Under the pieces are notes generated by a model. That model saw only the letters and a program-made list of their open reading frames with translations, did no database searches and was not told the DNA's origin. The position numbers and the translations under genes are program-made. This document shows positions 61,495 through 64,000 of a stretch of 64,000 nucleotides of DNA, piece by piece; position 1 is the stretch's first letter; each line of letters starts with the position of its first letter. Source of the DNA: Stellaceae bacterium (GTDB taxonomy: Bacteria > Pseudomonadota > Alphaproteobacteria > ATCC43930 > CGMCC-115725); the NCBI GenBank assembly GCA_035604335.1, contig DATNIT010000285.1, positions 1 through 64,000 of the forward strand. The letters run 5' to 3'.

Positions 61495-62964
61495 ATGCGT
61501 CTGTTTTCCGCCACCATCGCGACCGAGACCAACACCTTTTCGCCGCTGCCGACCAGCATCGAGGGCTACAAGGAGGGCGTGTTCGTGCGGCCCGGCGAGC
61601 ATCCCGAGGAGACGCCGCTGATGTGCACGGCGCCGCTCTGGGTGGCGCGCAAGCGGGCGAAGGCGGAGGGCTTCACGCTGATCGAGGGTAGCTGCTTCGC
61701 GGCGAGCCCCGCCGGCACCACCAACCGCAGCGATTACGAGTTCATGCGCGACGAGATCCTGGGCCAGCTCAAGGCGGCCCTGCCGGTCGACGGGGTGCTC
61801 TTGGGTTTGCACGGCGCCATGGTGGCGCACGGCTATGACGATGTCGAAGGCGACATCATCGAGCGCGTGCGCGCGCTGGTCGGTCCCAAGACGGTGATCG
61901 GGGTCGAGCTCGATCCCCACTGCCACCTCACGCTGAAGCGCGTGCGGCTCGCCGACGTGATCATCCTCTATAAGGAATTTCCGCACACCGATGTGGTCGA
62001 CCGCGCCGAAGATCTGCTGGAGATCGTGCTGAAGACGCTGCGCGGCCAAGCCAAGCCAGTGATGTCGATGTACGACTGCCGACAGATCGGCAGCTACCCG
62101 ACGACGCTGCCGCTCATGCGCGCCTTCGTCGACAAGATCAAGGCCATGGAAGGCAAGGATGGCGTGCTCTCGATCTCGATCGGGCACTGCTTTCCCTATG
62201 CCGATGTGGCGGAGCTCGGCGGCCGCATCCTCGTGGTGATGGACAAGGACAAGGCCAAGGGCGACGCGCTCGCGATCGCGATCGGCCAGGAGTTCGTCTC
62301 CATGCGCGGCAGGACCATGCCGAGCTATTTCGGCGTCGACGAGGGCATCACCGCAGCGCTCGAGACCAATGAATCGCCGGTGGTGATGGCGGACCCCGCC
62401 GACAATGCCGGCGGCGGCGCGCCTTCGGACAACACCACCATCTTGCGACGATTGATGGAGCGGCAGGCGCAAGAGGCCGCCCTCGGGCCGATCTGGGACC
62501 CGATCGCGGTACGGCTCTGCTTCGACGCCGGGCTCAACGCCGAGTTCGCGCTCCGCCTCGGCGGCAAGATCGGGCCGACCTCCGGGGCTCCGATCGACGC
62601 TCGAGTGAAGGTGATCGGCCTCAAGCGCGACTGCTGGCAGAGCTTCGGACCGACCCAGGTGCCGCTCGGCGACTGCGCGGCGGTTAGGCTGGGCGGCATC
62701 GATGTCGTGCTGATCAGCAACCGCACCCAGGCGCTGGGCCTCGAGCTCTTCACGAATCTCGGCATCGATCCCCGCGCCAAGAAGGTCGTGGTGGTGAAGT
62801 CGACGAACCACTTCATGGCCGCCTACGGCCCGATCGCAAAACGCGTGATCTATATCGATTCCGACGGACCGCTCAGCCGCGATTATCGAAAAATCCCCTA
62901 TACCAAGGTGACGCGGCCGATCTGGCCGCTCGACGAGAGTACCCGACCGGGTTTGATCTTCTGA
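61495..62964 (+). CDS. M81-family metallopeptidase (microcystinase-C MlrC-like)
   Basis: MRLFSATIATETNTFSP N-terminus typical of MlrC; DUF1485/MlrC C-terminal domains. Confidence 0.7.
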   Translation: MRLFSATIATETNTFSPLPTSIEGYKEGVFVRPGEHPEETPLMCTAPLWVARKRAKAEGFTLIEGSCFAASPAGTTNRSDYEFMRDEILGQLKAALPVDGVLLGLHGAMVAHGYDDVEGDIIERVRALVGPKTVIGVELDPHCHLTLKRVRLADVIILYKEFPHTDVVDRAEDLLEIVLKTLRGQAKPVMSMYDCRQIGSYPTTLPLMRAFVDKIKAMEGKDGVLSISIGHCFPYADVAELGGRILVVMDKDKAKGDALAIAIGQEFVSMRGRTMPSYFGVDEGITAALETNESPVVMADPADNAGGGAPSDNTTILRRLMERQAQEAALGPIWDPIAVRLCFDAGLNAEFALRLGGKIGPTSGAPIDARVKVIGLKRDCWQSFGPTQVPLGDCAAVRLGGIDVVLISNRTQALGLELFTNLGIDPRAKKVVVVKSTNHFMAAYGPIAKRVIYIDSDGPLSRDYRKIPYTKVTRPIWPLDESTRPGLIF

Positions 62965-63062
62965 GGACAGGACGGTTGCGGCTCTGTCGTGCAAGTGACT
63001 TAATGGCGATAGGCCCTGGGAACCGCCACAAAACAGCCGGGCCGCGCATCAGGGAGAGCACA

Positions 63063-64000
63063 ATGGCCAAGATCACTCGTCGCATCGTCGTGCAGGGCGG
63101 CCTCGCGGCCGCAGCCGTCATCGCGGCACCCGCGATCGTGCGTGCCCAGAGCCAACCCAGCGCCGCCCGCACCATCCGCGCGGTTTTCCACGGCGACATC
63201 CCGACCTACGATCCTATCTGGACCACGGCCAACATGTCCGCCTACCACGGCGGGATGGTCTACGACACCTTGTTCGGGATCGATGGCGATCAGAAGCCGC
63301 AGCCACAGATGGTAAGCAAGTGGGGTCTCTCCGACGACAAGCTCACCTGGACATTCGAGCTCCGCGACGGGCTCAAATGGACCGACGGTACCGCGGTGAC
63401 GTCGGCCGACGTCGTACCCTCACTCAAGCGCTGGGCCGCGCGCGACGGCGGGGGCCAGCACATGATGGCGCGGGTCAAGGGCATCGAGGCAAAGGACCCC
63501 AAGACCTTTACGATCGAGTTCAAGGAGCGCTATGGGCTCACGCTCGACGTGCTCGCGAAGACCGCGACCCCGATCTGCTTCATGATGCGCAAGAAGGAAG
63601 CCGAGACCGACCCGATGCAGAAGATCGATCAGGTCGTGGGCTCCGGGCCGTTCAAGCTCAACCCCGACGAGACCAAGCCCGGGACGCAGTACATTTACGA
63701 CCGCAATCCCGATTACGTGCCGAGGAGCGAGCCGCCCTCCGGCATCGCCGGCGGCAAGGTGGTGAAGATCGATCGCGTCATCTTTATCAACATGCCGGAC
63801 GCCCAGACCGCCGTGGCGGCGCTGCAGGCCGGCGAGATCGATTTCTACGAGGTCCCGCCGACGGACCTCATGGGTCAGCTCGAGAGCGACAAGAATATCA
63901 AGATCGAGGTGCTGAACCCGCTCGGCAACGTCGGCCAGATCCGGCTCAACTTCCTGCATCCGCCCTTCGACAACGAGAAGGCGCGGCAGGCCATGCTCTA
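63063..64000 (+). CDS. ABC transporter substrate-binding protein family 5 (peptide/nickel), TAT signal; partial, runs off the window end
   Basis: Hand translation: MAKITRRIVVQGGLAAAAVIAAPAIVRA... Absent from the ORF track because no stop falls inside the window. Confidence 0.75.
   Translation, partial: MAKITRRIVVQGGLAAAAVIAAPAIVRAQSQPSAARTIRAVFHGDIPTYDPIWTTANMSAYHGGMVYDTLFGIDGDQKPQPQMVSKWGLSDDKLTWTFELRDGLKWTDGTAVTSADVVPSLKRWAARDGGGQHMMARVKGIEAKDPKTFTIEFKERYGLTLDVLAKTATPICFMMRKKEAETDPMQKIDQVVGSGPFKLNPDETKPGTQYIYDRNPDYVPRSEPPSGIAGGKVVKIDRVIFINMPDAQTAVAALQAGEIDFYEVPPTDLMGQLESDKNIKIEVLNPLGNVGQIRLNFLHPPFDNEKARQAML

Overview
This is a high-GC, alphaproteobacterial-looking chromosomal segment (Bradyrhizobium/Rhodopseudomonas-like codon usage and GC-rich palindromic repeats). 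It is almost entirely densely packed metabolic and transport genes. I found no rRNA or tRNA gene and no CRISPR array.

Gene content from left to right:
- A partial phage-type tyrosine integrase (N-terminal arm-binding domain) runs off the left edge on the minus strand.
- A GTG-start amidohydrolase followed by a polyamine-type (Pot-like) ABC transporter. The N-terminus of the second permease ORF reads through GC-rich palindromic repeats.
- A roughly 95-codon remnant of a GT41 (SPINDLY/O-GlcNAc-transferase-like) gene.
- A minus-strand operon of a GpdQ-like metallophosphoesterase plus a Ugp-like substrate-binding protein and two permeases, with no ATPase.
- A Dpp-like 5-gene peptide ABC transporter convergent on a hydantoinase A/B pair.
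- A stand-alone rpsU (ribosomal protein S21) with a perfect TATAAT promoter box and a small, highly charged downstream ORF.
- A D-threonine-aldolase-like gene with a Zn-dependent alcohol dehydrogenase, divergent from a D-tartrate-dehydratase-like enolase and an SMP-30 lactonase.
- An alpha/beta hydrolase, an SDR and a 668-aa flotillin-like SPFH protein.
- A second hydantoinase pair (B then A), a fused MFS/spermidine-synthase protein, an amidohydrolase-2-like protein and a HisC-like aminotransferase.
- FadB-like plus a two-subunit acyl-CoA dehydrogenase (Pim-like dicarboxylate beta-oxidation), a Zn-ADH, a cytochrome-P460-like protein with an unusual CX3CH motif, and a CHAP protein.
- An orphan GlnQ-like ABC ATPase with an HpcH aldolase and an NMT1-like protein, then an aminotransferase.
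- A complete urtABCDE-ureD-ureABC-ureEFG urea uptake and urease cluster preceded by a sigma54-like promoter.
- An AstE/AspA-like deacylase, an MlrC-like M81 peptidase and a family-5 substrate-binding protein running off the right edge.

I did not find a convincing novel multi-gene system. The findings below are individual curiosities. Many six-frame ORFs are antisense artefacts of GC-rich coding DNA and were rejected.
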